Shown here piece after piece: positions 63,116 to 64,000 of a DNA stretch of 64,000 bases. The stretch is from Candidatus Poriferisocius sp. (GTDB lineage Bacteria; Actinomycetota; Acidimicrobiia; Acidimicrobiales; Bin134), in the NCBI RefSeq assembly GCF_965208355.1, contig NZ_CBDBOM010000003.1, forward strand, positions 1,411,323-1,475,322. The letters are read 5' to 3'. The notes below the pieces were generated by a model. The model saw only the letters and a program-made list of their open reading frames with translations, was not told the DNA's origin and did no database searches. The translations under genes and the position numbers were made by a program. How positions within the stretch are numbered: the first letter of the stretch is position 1; the number at the start of each line of letters is the position of its first letter.

Positions 63116-64000
63116 ATGAGCGACCAGCCAACAGCGGTGATTGACGACGAGGTTCTGTCGCCGGAGCGGATCGCGGATCCCCATTCCTATTTCTCCGTTC
63201 TCCGAGAGCACGATCCGGTTCATTGGAATGAGAAGTACCGGGCGTGGTTCATCCACCGCTACGACGACGTGCTTGACGCCCTGCGGGATCCCCGTTTCTC
63301 CTCGGAGCGCATCGGCGCGGCCTATGACCGCCTGACTGAGGAGCAGAAAGCCGAGCGCCAGCCCACCTACGACATCTTGATGGACTGGCTGGTGTTCCGG
63401 GATCCCCCCGACCACACTCGGCTGCGGAGACTGGTGAGCCGGGCCTTCACTCCTCGAGCGGTGGAGGCCTGGCGGGATCGGATCACCGGGGTGGTCGACG
63501 AGTTGATCGACGGTCTGTCGGCGCGGGATCACTTCGACCTGATCGAAGACTTCGCCTATCCCATCCCCGCAGTGGTGATTGCCGAGATGATGGGGGTGCC
63601 CCCCAACGACCGCGACCGGTTCAAGGACTGGTCCGATGACGTGATGATCCTGGTGTTCGGGGCCCGGGGAGTGGGCGACCGTCGTGCCCGGGCCCAACAA
63701 GGGCTGGTCGAGCTGGCCGCCTATCTGGGCGACTTGGTGGCCCACTATCGCCAGCGTCCAGCCGACAACATCATCTCCAACCTGGTGGAGGTATCCGAGG
63801 GCGACGACAGCTTGGAAGACCCTGAGATTGTGGCCAACTGCGTGCTGTTTCTGTTCGGCGGCCACGAGACCACCACCAATCTGATCGGCAACGGCATTCG
63901 AGTGCTGCTCAATCATCCCGACCAGCTCCAGAAGCTGCGTGAAGACCTCTCGCTGATCAAGCCGGCCGTAGAGGAGATCCTCCGGTTTGATGGGCCCTCC
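63116..64000 (+). CDS. cytochrome P450 (3' end cut by window; absent from ORF track)
   Basis: ATG 63116, with the frame open to base 64000. My translation: MSDQPTAVIDDEVLSPERIADPHSYF...DPPDHTRLRRLVSRAFTP...LFLFGGHETTTNL (I-helix)...EEILRF (ExxR). It is not listed because no stop lies in the window. Confidence 0.85.
   Translation, partial: MSDQPTAVIDDEVLSPERIADPHSYFSVLREHDPVHWNEKYRAWFIHRYDDVLDALRDPRFSSERIGAAYDRLTEEQKAERQPTYDILMDWLVFRDPPDHTRLRRLVSRAFTPRAVEAWRDRITGVVDELIDGLSARDHFDLIEDFAYPIPAVVIAEMMGVPPNDRDRFKDWSDDVMILVFGARGVGDRRARAQQGLVELAAYLGDLVAHYRQRPADNIISNLVEVSEGDDSLEDPEIVANCVLFLFGGHETTTNLIGNGIRVLLNHPDQLQKLREDLSLIKPAVEEILRFDGPS

Noticed and set aside
62810-63916. 368-aa minus-strand ORF at the right end of the window.
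   Set aside because: It is antisense to a plus-strand frame that translates into clear P450 motifs (GGHETTTN, EEILRF). It appears as the only long ORF there because the real gene has no stop inside the window.
1-64000. A search by eye for CRISPR arrays, transposase/integrase genes, long terminal inverted repeats, rRNA or tRNA genes.
   Set aside because: None found. Every gap longer than 70 nt was inspected (2124, 7554, 21599, 31885, 36270, 43697, 47800, 51573, 52743, 55426, 60149, 61445). They contain only promoter-like or hairpin elements.

Overview
This is a 64-kb, high-GC, almost gap-free coding segment that reads as an Actinomycetota chromosome. Supporting markers are the GarA / FtsR-like MerR / DUF151 nuclease / MerR / gcvT cluster, mycothione reductase, LLM-type (probably F420) oxidoreductases and a Had/ChsH-like split hydratase pair. 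I call 59 CDS. I saw no rRNA, tRNA, CRISPR array, transposase or integrase.

Layout:
1. 1-4.2 kb: the conserved garA-merR-(hpt)-nuclease-merR-x-gcvT cluster.
2. 4.2-5.8 kb: two tandem lipoprotein TlpA/ResA-like thioredoxin-fold genes (top finding, below).
3. 5.9-12.8 kb: a Liv-type ABC importer with unusual fusions (MFS-like domain + LivF; LivH + LivM + LivG).
4. 12.8-38 kb and 47.8-64 kb: dense acyl-CoA / lipid or steroid-side-chain-like catabolic genes. These include 4 AMP-ligases, 3 acyl-CoA dehydrogenases, 2 crotonases, a CoA-transferase, two DUF35 + thiolase-like + P450 modules, and SDR/MDR/LLM oxidoreductases. Orphan housekeeping genes (trpC, aroC, coaE, mtr) are interspersed.
5. 38.2-42.1 kb: a MacB-type ABC system with a peptidoglycan-binding adaptor. 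gcvP lies at 43.8-46.7 kb, a sugar ABC importer at 51.7-55.4 kb, and a double-length M16 lipoprotein peptidase at 55.5-58.5 kb.

Top finding: each of the two TlpA/ResA-like genes is split in the ORF track by an in-frame TGA. That TGA falls exactly on the first Cys of the CxxC redox motif (WFWAPH-U-TIC and WFWAPH-U-PTC), and conserved coding sequence continues downstream. The best reading is a pair of exported selenocysteine (UxxC) oxidoreductases. This depends on Sec machinery that is not in the window.

Most long ORFs in the track that lie antisense to these genes are high-GC shadow ORFs. One real gene, a P450 running off the 3' end, is missing from the track. All functional calls come from reading motifs by eye; no database search was run.
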